Origin: an uncultured Spirochaetales bacterium | Lineage (GTDB): Bacteria; Spirochaetota; Spirochaetia; Sphaerochaetales; Sphaerochaetaceae | NCBI GenBank assembly: GCA_949297785.1 | Contig: CASFTW010000012.1 | Coordinates: forward strand, 50-64,049 | DNA length: 64,000 nt | Direction: 5' to 3' | Part shown: positions 40,346 to 49,485 of the stretch, piece by piece | How the letters are laid out: each line of letters opens with the position of its first letter | Position numbering within the stretch: the stretch's first letter is position 1 | Translations under genes and position numbers: made by a program | The notes under the pieces: generated by a model | The model's database searches: none | The model's input: the letters and a program-made list of their open reading frames with translations, nothing else | What the model was told of the DNA's origin: nothing

Positions 40346-41098
40346 TTAATATGTTCTTCCGTCAGAGAAGACGAGTGACGATGACTGTCTGTCAAGATAA
40401 AGCGAGCAGTCGTAGGCTCTTCTCAGCACCGCAGCGGGGGAGAGAAGCGATATGTCATCGAAAAGGCATCCTGCGACAGCCTTTGCCTTTCTCTGATCCG
40501 GACAGGATACGATGATGTGCTTTGATGTCATGATCTCGTTTATCGACATCGTGATGGCCCTGTGCGGAACCATGTCCAGATTCTGGAACCAGCCTTCGCT
40601 GACCTGCTGTCTTCTGGATCTTTTCTGAAGTTCGACGACTATATACGGATCAGTGGTGTCAAGATCCGCAGGAGGATCATTGAATGCCAGGTGCCCGTTT
40701 TCCCCGATGCAGATGAAAGCCACATCCAGAGGATGATTTTTCATCGTTCTGTTGAGTTCCTTCAGCGTTCTCTCAAGATTCTTCTCCTCAGGATCTATGG
40801 GCGTGTAGCTTTTCACTTTTCCGATTGCGGAAAAAAGATACTCCCTGATGAAGAACTGGCTGCTTGCCGTTGACTCCGGATCAAGCCCTATGAATTCATC
40901 GAGATGGAATACGTTGACCTTTGACCAGTCGATATCCAGCTTTGCAAGGTTGAAGAGTGTGTCGACCTGGCTTTTTCCGGTTACGAATACTATGTTGGCT
41001 TCCCCTCTGGCATTCACCGCATCATTGATATAAGCGGCACCTTCCTTTGCGGCGAATAATCCGATTTCCTTCTTGGAATCGCAAATGGTCACTCTCAT
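40346..41098 (-). CDS. Glucosamine-6-phosphate deaminase/isomerase family protein (NagB-like)
   Basis: VFHLDEFIGL, IGENGHLAFNDP, VPHRAITM. Confidence 0.88.
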   Translation of the reverse strand: MRVTICDSKKEIGLFAAKEGAAYINDAVNARGEANIVFVTGKSQVDTLFNLAKLDIDWSKVNVFHLDEFIGLDPESTASSQFFIREYLFSAIGKVKSYTPIDPEEKNLERTLKELNRTMKNHPLDVAFICIGENGHLAFNDPPADLDTTDPYIVVELQKRSRRQQVSEGWFQNLDMVPHRAITMSINEIMTSKHIIVSCPDQRKAKAVAGCLFDDISLLSPAAVLRRAYDCSLYLDRQSSSLVFSDGRTY

Positions 41099-41195
41099 TT
41101 TCCATCATCCTCCACGTGGAAAAGTACCGAATTGAAGAATTTATGACAAGGGTTAATTTACAAGTTTGAAATTTTAGTATACTCTCTGTCTTGTT

Positions 41196-41269
41196 GGTCC
41201 CATAGCTCAGCTGGATAGAGCACTTCCCTCCTAAGGAAGGGGTCGCGCGTTCGAATCGCGCTGGGGCCA
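41196..41269 (+). tRNA. tRNA-Arg(CCU); CCA not encoded
   Basis: Cloverleaf: acceptor GGTCCCA/TGGGGCC, D-arm GCTC-AGCTGGATA-GAGC, anticodon arm CTTCC-CTCCTAA-GGAAG (CCT at 41230-41232), T-arm GCGCG-TTCGAAT-CGCGC. Confidence 0.96.
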
Positions 41270-41282
41270 TTTCTTTTTGTCT

Positions 41283-41915
41283 ATGAACTATTACGTGCTG
41301 GCCTGCCAGAGCGGCAGGGAAGAGAGAAATATAAGACTGCTGGAGAAAACGGTCGCAAGGGATTACCCCGGCAGCTACATTGCCGCTTATTCTCCTGTCA
41401 GGGAAAGCAGGGAATTCTGCGCAAAGAAATGGTCAGTCAAAGTCCGTCCTCTTCTCCCCGGGTATATCATAGCGGTATGCGAGAAGGAACTGTGGCGTAT
41501 CCAGAAAGATATTTTCCTCATGTCTGACACCAATTACGGTTTTCTCAGGAATGCTGACGGTTCATATGAACTGAAGGGGAGCGATGAACGCTTTGCCATG
41601 TGGGTTGAAACCAACCTGGGATATATAAAGCCTTCAAAGGTTGTCCTTGATAAAAGAAAACTGTCCCCGAACGAGAAAATAAAGATAATATCGGGCCCGC
41701 TGAAGGACCTTAACGGAAAGATCGTCTCCGTATACAAGGGAGTGAGGGTGAATGTCGAGGTGTCGTTCCTTGGCGAGGTGAAACGCCTGACGCTGCCGAT
41801 TGACATAGTCGACACAATAGAGGATGAGCCTGCCGTGGCGGATAAGGACAGTCTCTTCCGTGCTCCGGATGAAGAGGATGCTGCGCCGGAGTCTTCAGAA
41901 TCTTCTCAGGAGTGA
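41283..41915 (+). CDS. NusG paralogue (LoaP/UpxY-like antiterminator)
   Basis: NGN domain (YYVLACQSGRE, PLLPGYII) plus KOW (KIISGPLKDLNGKI…VEVSFLGE); lies upstream of polysaccharide export genes. Confidence 0.85.
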   Translation: MNYYVLACQSGREERNIRLLEKTVARDYPGSYIAAYSPVRESREFCAKKWSVKVRPLLPGYIIAVCEKELWRIQKDIFLMSDTNYGFLRNADGSYELKGSDERFAMWVETNLGYIKPSKVVLDKRKLSPNEKIKIISGPLKDLNGKIVSVYKGVRVNVEVSFLGEVKRLTLPIDIVDTIEDEPAVADKDSLFRAPDEEDAAPESSESSQE

Positions 41916-42069
41916 TGCAAAGACTGAGGAATTCCTGCTCGTATAAGGTATGAAGGAGTTTTGCATTCGTAATATGACAGTGGATGGTGTGACCTGTGAA
42001 ATTATTGAGTAAAATCCTCATCCCTGATAAACTCAGTTACGGTAAATTTACAATCAAAAGGATGTTGCA

Positions 42070-43632
42070 GTGTTAAAGCGTCTTTTACAAACCACACTTT
42101 TTCTGATACTCACGGTTACTTTCTCACTTTCTGCGGACAATCAGGTAGTCACAAGTTCAAGGCTTTCCCAGCTATCCGCAACAGAAAGCAGCATTGCCAA
42201 TGAATGGCAGGATTACAGCGGACAGCTTGGTTATGCAATTCCTGCCCGGGATGATGATTACGATTACATCCTCCAGATGCGTCTGCTTCAGGCGAGGGGT
42301 GATATAAACTATCCGGTTACAGTCGGTGATGTTTATACTCTGAGCTACATCTACAACAATGCAGTTGTCAGCGTACCTGTATCCATCACGCACTCGGGAA
42401 GTTTCACGGTACCGAACATCGGCTCCTTCACATGGAGCGGAAAGACATTCAATGAACTGAGGAATGAAGTGGAGGCTTCGGTCCTTGCACGCTATCCGTT
42501 CTCGAACCCTTCGTTTGAGCTCACTGCAACCGGTTCTTTCTCAGTCAGGATTTCCGGCCTTGTCTCTTCCAGCAGGAGAGTGCAGGCTTGGGGGCTTTCA
42601 AGACTTTCCGACCTCATCCCTTATGCATCGGACAATGCTTCGACAAGGAATGTCACAGTGACAGGCAGTGACGGGACTTCTGTCTCATATGACCTTTTCG
42701 CCGCACTCAGGCAGGGGGATGAGGACCAGAATCCGTTCCTCCGTCCGGATGACCATGTCATCTTCAACATGAAAGAGAAAATGGTCATGGTGAACGGCGC
42801 TGTTCTCAGAAGCGGAACATATCAGGTGTATGAGGGAACAACGCTGGAAGAATTCCTTGATGAATATGCCCTCGGACTTACAAGCCAGGCTGACAGGGCG
42901 GAAATTTCAGTCACACGTTATGAGAACGGCAGCTATGCCGAAATAAAGACGGATGATCTTTCTTCTTTCATCCTTCAGGACGGCGACAGGGTGAATGTTC
43001 CATCCGTCGAGGTCCCGGTCGGCTCCGTAACGCTTCAGGGTGCGCTCGCTGCCGGAAGCTCAACAGCCGGAGCTTCTTCCGTGCAGGGGCAGGTCAGCAG
43101 CCAGTATTTCTACCGTTTCATAATCGGCGATACCGTTGAGGACATGCTTGTCGAGATGAGCCGCTATTTCACGGCATCATCCGATCTTGACGGATGCTAT
43201 CTTACAAGGGATGGCAGGAACTACCCGATTTCATTCCGCAACGTTCTCTACGGAGATGACCCCGCAGGCGACATGATCCTGCAGAACGGAGACAGATTCA
43301 CCGTTCCATTCAGCAATCAGGTGGTAACCGTGAACGGTGCCGTGAACAATCCGGGTACTTATGCCTATGTTCCCGGAAAGGACATTACGTATTATGTGAA
43401 TCTTGCAGGCGGACTCTCTAGCGCGGCGAAAGGTATTGAGAAATATACTCTTTACAACAGTTACGGCGAGAAGATTGATGACAACTCTCCGATAACGGCA
43501 GAGACCACAATCGAAATGGATGAGTCGACATTCACTCAGGACCTTGCGATTGCCGTTTCCGTGATAGGCGTTGTAAGCACGATTACAACTATAATTCTCA
43601 ATTGTATGGCCATTGCCGGCGGTGGTAACTGA
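42070..43632 (+). CDS. Polysaccharide export protein with multiple SLBB domains (Wza/KpsD-like)
   Basis: YPVTVGDVY, G.FTVPNIG, NPFLRPDD, V.VNGAV..PGTY, YYVNLAGG; C-terminal helix. Confidence 0.88.
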   Translation: MLKRLLQTTLFLILTVTFSLSADNQVVTSSRLSQLSATESSIANEWQDYSGQLGYAIPARDDDYDYILQMRLLQARGDINYPVTVGDVYTLSYIYNNAVVSVPVSITHSGSFTVPNIGSFTWSGKTFNELRNEVEASVLARYPFSNPSFELTATGSFSVRISGLVSSSRRVQAWGLSRLSDLIPYASDNASTRNVTVTGSDGTSVSYDLFAALRQGDEDQNPFLRPDDHVIFNMKEKMVMVNGAVLRSGTYQVYEGTTLEEFLDEYALGLTSQADRAEISVTRYENGSYAEIKTDDLSSFILQDGDRVNVPSVEVPVGSVTLQGALAAGSSTAGASSVQGQVSSQYFYRFIIGDTVEDMLVEMSRYFTASSDLDGCYLTRDGRNYPISFRNVLYGDDPAGDMILQNGDRFTVPFSNQVVTVNGAVNNPGTYAYVPGKDITYYVNLAGGLSSAAKGIEKYTLYNSYGEKIDDNSPITAETTIEMDESTFTQDLAIAVSVIGVVSTITTIILNCMAIAGGGN

Positions 43633-43649
43633 CAACAGGGGGGATGCAA

Positions 43650-45998
43650 ATGGAAAATTCAGTTCAGAACAGACCACAAGAGGAAGAGATCGAGATTTCT
43701 CTTTATGATATAGCAGTTGCGGTGTTCAGGAAGAAACTGATGATCTGCCTGTTCATCATTGCGGCCCTTGCAATAGCGGTTGCCTATCTGTTTGTTGCAG
43801 ATCCCGTGTATGAAGCCAGTGCCACGGTCATGGTTTCATCCCTCTCCGGCGAAGGCAGTGATATTTCAAGTCTTCTCTCCGGTTTTGCCGGCGGCGGATC
43901 AACCGACATTGCGACGGAAGTGGCGCTGCTTACAAGCCGTACCACAATGGATAACGCTCTTTCGTCCCTTGATCTGAGCAGATACACTGATCCTGATGGC
44001 GTACGCTACAGTGATCTTGAGCATCCGATCAAGGCTGAGAATCTGATCCGCACCAATAAGGTGACGGTTTCCTCAGTCTCAGATACGAACATTGTGAACA
44101 TCACAGTGCAGGATACCAACCCGCAGTTCGCAGCGGATCTTGCAAATGCCGTTGCGGATGCTTTCAACAACGTGCTCACGAGTTTCGCAAAAGGCGGTTC
44201 CGAAGCTTCCATAGAATTCGTCGAATCGCAGATTCCTGTAGTGAGGGAACAGCTTGTACAGGCAAGCCGCCAGCTCGCGGATTTCCAGAAGGACAACGAT
44301 GTTCTGCTCACCACTCAGGAGAGCCAGGTAAGTCTTCTCCGCTATAACTATCTTTCAAGCAGGAAGGCCCCTCTTGAACTGGAATGCGGGGAAGCCGATG
44401 CCATCCTGTCTGCCGCCCGCTTTGATCCATCCTATGATGAGATCATGTCTCTTGATTCCGTGAAGACTCTCGCAGATGAGATTTCCTCAATCCAGAGAGA
44501 GCTCCTGAGCTATGATCTCATGGCAGTCTCCACTGCAGCCGGAAATGCAAACGGTATCTCAGGGGTTCTCAACACCAGTCAGCAGAACCGTTACTTCACG
44601 CTTTCAAACAGGCTTATATCAATCGAGACATCAATTGACCAGATCATAGTCTCGCTGCTCTCAGGCGGTACAAGTGTGCAGGATGCCACCATGTATTCAT
44701 CTGCCGTCACCCAGAAAATGTTTGCCCAGAGCGAGATATCTCTCATTGAAGAGCTGCTTGCCGCGGAAAATGCTTCGCTTGAGGAGATTCCCGATCTTGA
44801 AATGCAGCTGGCCGCCCTTACAAGCAATGTAGAGGTTTTCCAGACAATGTTTGTCTCCCTCATGCAGATGCAGCAGGAGGCTCAGCTCAGGGATGCCGCC
44901 ATCAGCGACAATGTCACACTGATTGACAGTGCTCTGGTTCCCGAGCTGCCTGTCAGTCCGAACAAGCTTATCGTTCTGGCAATCGCTTTCTTCCTCGGCG
45001 CATTCGCAGGTGTCGGTCTTGCGCTTGTCATGGAGCTGAGCGACAAGTCCATCTTCTCAACGGATGATCTGAAAAAGGCGCTTCCGGGTGATGTTCCTTT
45101 CCTCGGCTGGATCCCGATGCTGAAGGTCCAGAAGAAAACCCGTTATGTGAAGAATGTCGTATATTCCAACCCGAACAGCTATGAAAGTGAGAAATACAAA
45201 CTCATAGCATCAAATATCGTATTCGGCAGAAACAGCAAGGACAGAGTCATCACCGTATGTTCCACAGAGAAGAATGAAGGAAAGACATCCGTCATGGCTA
45301 ACATCGCAATCGCGCTCACCCAGAACGGTTACAAGGTCCTTCTCGTTGACGGGGATCTGAGAATGCCCAGCTGTGAGCAGTTTTTCAATCTCGAGCATCA
45401 GGAAAGAGGTCTTGTGGACGTTCTCATGAATGATGAGCCGCTTGACAACTGCATAGTTCTTCCTATTCCTGAAGTCGACATGCTCAATCTGCTGCCGTGC
45501 GGCACCAGACCTGCCATTCCGTCGCTTGTATATGCATCTGAAAAGTTCCCGCGTGTGATTGAAGAACTGAAGCACCGCTATGACATCATCATTTTCGATG
45601 CTCCTCCTCTTGCCTATGCATCCGAGCTGCTTGCGCTTACAAAGCTTGCCCCTGAAGTCATAATTGTCACACGTGCCGGTGTCACAAACAAGTATGTGCT
45701 CGGCGACATGATAGATAACTTCAAGGCTGCAGGTGCAAGTGTCATCGGTGCCTGTCTGAATGCCGTCATTGCATCGCACGGCAAGTCCAAGGGATACGGA
45801 AGCTACAGCTATTCATATGCTGACAAGAATCCCGAAGCCATGGCATCCGTCATGAAGAGAGTTCCGCTTTTCAGCTCAAGGAAGATGTATTACAGAAAGC
45901 GCTATAAGAGAGATGAAAAGTACAGGGGAAAGAAGGAGAATGTTAAGAAGAACAGAGCGACACATCCCTACAACCCCGAACTTGATCTTGATATCTGA
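43650..45998 (+). CDS. Polysaccharide co-polymerase / BY tyrosine kinase (Wzc-like, fused)
   Basis: Two TM segments flanking a coiled-coil loop, PELPVSP, Walker A STEKNEGKT, VDGDLR, FDAPP, Tyr cluster GYGSYSYSY. Confidence 0.92.
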   Translation: MENSVQNRPQEEEIEISLYDIAVAVFRKKLMICLFIIAALAIAVAYLFVADPVYEASATVMVSSLSGEGSDISSLLSGFAGGGSTDIATEVALLTSRTTMDNALSSLDLSRYTDPDGVRYSDLEHPIKAENLIRTNKVTVSSVSDTNIVNITVQDTNPQFAADLANAVADAFNNVLTSFAKGGSEASIEFVESQIPVVREQLVQASRQLADFQKDNDVLLTTQESQVSLLRYNYLSSRKAPLELECGEADAILSAARFDPSYDEIMSLDSVKTLADEISSIQRELLSYDLMAVSTAAGNANGISGVLNTSQQNRYFTLSNRLISIETSIDQIIVSLLSGGTSVQDATMYSSAVTQKMFAQSEISLIEELLAAENASLEEIPDLEMQLAALTSNVEVFQTMFVSLMQMQQEAQLRDAAISDNVTLIDSALVPELPVSPNKLIVLAIAFFLGAFAGVGLALVMELSDKSIFSTDDLKKALPGDVPFLGWIPMLKVQKKTRYVKNVVYSNPNSYESEKYKLIASNIVFGRNSKDRVITVCSTEKNEGKTSVMANIAIALTQNGYKVLLVDGDLRMPSCEQFFNLEHQERGLVDVLMNDEPLDNCIVLPIPEVDMLNLLPCGTRPAIPSLVYASEKFPRVIEELKHRYDIIIFDAPPLAYASELLALTKLAPEVIIVTRAGVTNKYVLGDMIDNFKAAGASVIGACLNAVIASHGKSKGYGSYSYSYADKNPEAMASVMKRVPLFSSRKMYYRKRYKRDEKYRGKKENVKKNRATHPYNPELDLDI

Positions 45999-46006
45999 GC
46001 TGATGA

Positions 46007-46040
46007 AGAGCCTGCCGCAATGTGTGCAGGCTCTGTCTTT
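46007..46040 (+). terminator. Hairpin after wzc
   Basis: AGAGCCTGC (46007-46015) / GCAGGCTCT (46026-46034) followed by GTCTTT. Confidence 0.6.
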
Positions 46041-46087
46041 GTCAGGGGAGCCTGCATGCCGATTTTGCCTTTTTCATCAAAAAGAGC

Positions 46088-46116
46088 TTTACATACATCC
46101 GCTTTGCTGATATTCT
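46088..46116 (+). promoter_or_regulatory. Sigma70 promoter of the pyr operon
   Basis: TTTACA (46088-46093), 17 nt, then TATTCT (46111-46116) with extended TGn. Confidence 0.7.
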
Positions 46117-46134
46117 CCTGAAAAAGGAGCTTGG

Positions 46135-46197
46135 ATGATGGAAAAATTGAATGATTTCTTTTTGATTCTTCTTGATCACAGGCTCGGTATTTTCTGA
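46135..46197 (+). CDS. Putative pyr leader peptide MMEKLNDFFLILLDHRLGIF (20 aa)
   Basis: SD AAGGAG 46123-46128, ATG 46135, U-rich codons, TGA followed by a second TGA, ending 2 nt before the hairpin. Confidence 0.65.
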   Translation: MMEKLNDFFLILLDHRLGIF

Positions 46198-46199
46198 TG

Positions 46200-46226
46200 A
46201 AATCCCTTTTTGAGGGATTTTTTTTT
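46200..46226 (+). terminator. Attenuator terminator upstream of pyrBI
   Basis: AAATCCCT-TTTTG-AGGGATTT plus TTTTTT, about 20 nt before the pyrBI ATG. Confidence 0.78.
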
Positions 46227-46245
46227 AACTTAACGGGAGAATGAA

Positions 46246-47859
46246 ATGAGTGATAACGTATTCGCCGGCCGCTCGCTGACTGTAATCGAGGACTTCTCCA
46301 TTGAGGAGAGGAGATACTTCTTCAAGAAGGTCTATGAACTTAAGAATGCCATCCTTTCAGAGGACAGGAAGACCATGGATGAATTCAGGATAAACGATCC
46401 TGACTTCGGAATATATGAAGTGTTTCTTGAAGACAGCACAAGAACGAAGGAAAGCTTCCGCAATGCCGCAAAGTTCCATCATGCAAAGGTAAGCGAGCTG
46501 ATCTGTTCCTCATCTTCGATAAACAAGGGTGAAAGCTATGCCGACACATTCAACATGCTTTCCGGTTATGACAATGCGATTTTCATCGTGCGCAGCAAGG
46601 TGGAGGGTCTGTGCCGCTACCTGGATGAGCAGAGCAGGGCATACCAGCAGAGAAACAACCTGAAGCTGAAGAGGGCATTCATCAATGCCGGAGACGGAAA
46701 GCACGAGCATCCGACACAGGAGCTTCTTGATGAGTTCACATTCCTTGAAGACAACAATATGGACTTCTCCTCTCTTCATGTCGCGCTTGTCGGCGATCTG
46801 TATCACGGACGCACGGTGCATTCGAAAGCTGACGGCCTCAAGGTTTTCGATAAGGTAAAGGTCGATCTCATCGCACCGGCAGAACTCGCAATGCCTGACA
46901 GCTATGTGGAGAAGATGAAGGAGAACGGTTTTGAGGTGAGGACATTCTCTTCAATTGAGGAGTACCTCAAGGCTGACGATATTGCCGATAAATGGTATTT
47001 CACCCGTCCGCAGCTTGAGAGGATGGGCGAGAGAATCCTCCAGAAGCAGGACGAGCTGAGAAAGAGCATCACATTCCGCAGGGAGTTCATGCCGCTTCTC
47101 AGGGAGGGAACGAAATTCTATCATCCGCTTCCTCGTCACAAGGAGCATCCCACTATCCCGACATTCCTGGACAACACTCCGCTCAATGCATGGGAGAGAC
47201 AGGCTATCAACGGAATGTACTGCAGGATGGTTCTGCTTTCCCTTATTGCCGGAAAGATCGGAAGCGATTACACGGGAAAGGCGAAGGCGGATGAGGAGAG
47301 TGCCCTCAGGCAGGAGGAATACATCGTAAGCGTTGATCTGTCAGACCGCCCTGCAGGAGGCAAGGTAAAGAATTACTCTGAGGGTGTGCATCCAATTGAC
47401 AACGGGATTGTCATAGACCATATCTGCAAAGGGGACAGTCCTTCCGAGATAAGGGAGCATATGAGGCTCATCTCTTCTGTCCTCGGTGTCGATGAAGGCA
47501 GGGGCGGTGAGTGGATAAGCCGCGGCGCTGACGGTTCTTTCAAAGGCATAATATTCCGTCCGGGCGAGTACAATCTTTCAAGAAAGGATCTCAAGAGACT
47601 TGCCGCAGTTGCCCCTCACTGCACGCTGAACATAATCAAGGACGGGAAGGTCATTGAAAAATTCAGGACACATATGCCTCCGAGGATTTATAATTTCGAT
47701 GACCTGTGCTGTGCGAATGAGGCATGCATCTCGCATCCGAGCCAGGGGGAGGGGGTGAGTTCCATGTTCATCCGAACCCAGGACGGACATTACGCCTGTG
47801 CATACTGCGGTCGTTTCCATACATATAAGGAAATATGGAAGCGCGGGGGTAGAAACTGA
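46246..47859 (+). CDS. pyrBI: Aspartate carbamoyltransferase, fused catalytic (PyrB) and regulatory (PyrI) chains
   Basis: FLEDSTRT, SINKGES, GDGKHEHPTQ, HPLPR; C-terminal IDNGIVIDHI and Zn ligands CANEAC…CAYC. Confidence 0.95.
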   Translation: MSDNVFAGRSLTVIEDFSIEERRYFFKKVYELKNAILSEDRKTMDEFRINDPDFGIYEVFLEDSTRTKESFRNAAKFHHAKVSELICSSSSINKGESYADTFNMLSGYDNAIFIVRSKVEGLCRYLDEQSRAYQQRNNLKLKRAFINAGDGKHEHPTQELLDEFTFLEDNNMDFSSLHVALVGDLYHGRTVHSKADGLKVFDKVKVDLIAPAELAMPDSYVEKMKENGFEVRTFSSIEEYLKADDIADKWYFTRPQLERMGERILQKQDELRKSITFRREFMPLLREGTKFYHPLPRHKEHPTIPTFLDNTPLNAWERQAINGMYCRMVLLSLIAGKIGSDYTGKAKADEESALRQEEYIVSVDLSDRPAGGKVKNYSEGVHPIDNGIVIDHICKGDSPSEIREHMRLISSVLGVDEGRGGEWISRGADGSFKGIIFRPGEYNLSRKDLKRLAAVAPHCTLNIIKDGKVIEKFRTHMPPRIYNFDDLCCANEACISHPSQGEGVSSMFIRTQDGHYACAYCGRFHTYKEIWKRGGRN

Positions 47860-47908
47860 CTGCCTCATCAGGTAAAATCATATAAAAGAAAGAAAACAGG
47901 AGACTTGC

Positions 47909-48607
47909 ATGAAGACTATAGAAGAAATCACAAAGTATTATGGTCCGCAGCTTGCAAAGGCTGCCTTCGAACTGGGTGCGATCCGTCTTTCCCCGAGGGA
48001 TCCCTTCACATGGGCAAGCGGCTACAGAATGCCGATTTACAATGACAACAGACAGTTCCTCGCGAAAGCAGGCTACAGGGCCCTTATCTGCGATGCATTC
48101 ACAGATATGCTTGAAGCTCTTTCCTTCGATCCGAAGAACATTGCCGGAACCGCAACCGCAGGTATTCCTCATGCAACAACTCTGGCAGACAGGCTCCAGA
48201 AGCCTCTCTCATATGTGCGCAGCTCCTCGAAGGATCACGGACTCGGACATCAGATCGAGGGGCTTGGAAAGGACGGAAGCTATCATGGAGAGAGCGTATG
48301 CCTCATCGAAGACCTCATCAGCACCGGCAAAAGTTCGATAGCCGCAGTGAAGGCCATTGTCGAAGCCGGCGGAAACGTTCCCTACTGTCTTGCGATTTTC
48401 ACATACGGCCTTGATGCTGCCACAGATGCATTCAAGGCGCTTGATCCCGCCTGCGAAGCCTACACGATTCTCAGCTATCCGGTGATGATAAAAACCGCTG
48501 TTGAGGTGGGTTATGTAAGTCAGGAGGAAGCCGAGATGCTTCATTCCTGGAGGGAAGACCCGTTCGGATGGGGTGAGAAAAACGGTTTCAGGAAGGTGGA
48601 AAGATGA
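47909..48607 (+). CDS. pyrE: Orotate phosphoribosyltransferase
   Basis: FTWASG…PIYNDNR, GTATAGIPHA, KDHG, IEDLISTGKSS. Confidence 0.95.
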   Translation: MKTIEEITKYYGPQLAKAAFELGAIRLSPRDPFTWASGYRMPIYNDNRQFLAKAGYRALICDAFTDMLEALSFDPKNIAGTATAGIPHATTLADRLQKPLSYVRSSSKDHGLGHQIEGLGKDGSYHGESVCLIEDLISTGKSSIAAVKAIVEAGGNVPYCLAIFTYGLDAATDAFKALDPACEAYTILSYPVMIKTAVEVGYVSQEEAEMLHSWREDPFGWGEKNGFRKVER

Positions 48608-49482
48608 GTTATGTCGATTATCTGAAAGAAAGTGCCGGTTTTGCCGGAAACGTCACCTGCATGGGACTTGATCCTGTTCTGGAAGCTCTTCCCGGTGAAG
48701 GAAGTTTCCGCGACAGGGTGAACGGGTTTTTCGAGAAGCTTTTCAGAAGAATGAAGATGGAGGGGGTTTCTCCTGCCGCATTCAAGCCGAATATCGGGTA
48801 CTATGTAATAAACGACAGAGCAAGGGATGAGGATTTTTCCGGTTCTCTTGCTCTCTCAGACGTGCTTGACATGCTTGATTCGTTCTTCCCATCCATTCCT
48901 GTCATTCTTGACAGCAAGAGAGGGGATATCGCGAAGAGCAGCCTGAACTATGCACATGAAGCCTTCGATGTATGGGGTTCGGATGCTGTCACGATCTCTC
49001 CTTATATGGGAAGTGATTCTGTTCTTCCCTTTGCTTTTGAGGACAAAGGTGTATATATCCTCAACAGGACAAGCAATCCGGGGGGCAAGGACCTTCAGAA
49101 CACGCTGACGATAGACAAGGTGGAAGACAGGGATGTCTATCCGCTTTACATTGCGGTTGCCCATCACATCGCATTCTGGGCAAATGAGCATTCAGGTATC
49201 GGTGCCGTCGTGGGTGCGACGAACATGAACGAACTCAAGGACATTGTCCGCTACTATGCACATAAGGACATTCCGACACTCATACCGGGTGTGGGAAGCC
49301 AGGGCGGCAGTGCGACTGATGTCATGGCAGCTCTCAGGGAAGCTGATTATGATGTACGTCTTGCCCGTATCAATTCATCAAGCGGCCTGACTCATCCATG
49401 GAAGAAGGCTCCGTGTCCGGAGGACTGGCTTGAGATGTGCATGAAGAACATAAAGAGTCTGATTGAGGAAACAAGGATTTAA
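48604..49482 (+). CDS. pyrF: Orotidine-5'-phosphate decarboxylase
   Basis: MGLDP, FKPN, ILDSKRGDI (DxKxxDI), RTSNPG, VVGAT, LIPGVGSQGG. Confidence 0.94.
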   Translation: MSYVDYLKESAGFAGNVTCMGLDPVLEALPGEGSFRDRVNGFFEKLFRRMKMEGVSPAAFKPNIGYYVINDRARDEDFSGSLALSDVLDMLDSFFPSIPVILDSKRGDIAKSSLNYAHEAFDVWGSDAVTISPYMGSDSVLPFAFEDKGVYILNRTSNPGGKDLQNTLTIDKVEDRDVYPLYIAVAHHIAFWANEHSGIGAVVGATNMNELKDIVRYYAHKDIPTLIPGVGSQGGSATDVMAALREADYDVRLARINSSSGLTHPWKKAPCPEDWLEMCMKNIKSLIEETRI

Positions 49483-49485
49483 CCG

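Noticed and set aside
41283-41420. Four AGG codons early in the NusG paralogue, next to tRNA-Arg(CCU), as feedback control
   Set aside because: AGG is common throughout this window, so the count is not evidently enriched.
41196-45998. tRNA-Arg as the integration site of an island
   Set aside because: No integrase, no repeat of the tRNA 3' end noticed downstream, and no compositional shift.
46120-46245. PyrR-binding loop or riboswitch in the pyr leader
   Set aside because: No ARUCCNGNGAGGYU-like motif and no antiterminator helix seen; the leader-peptide model fits better.
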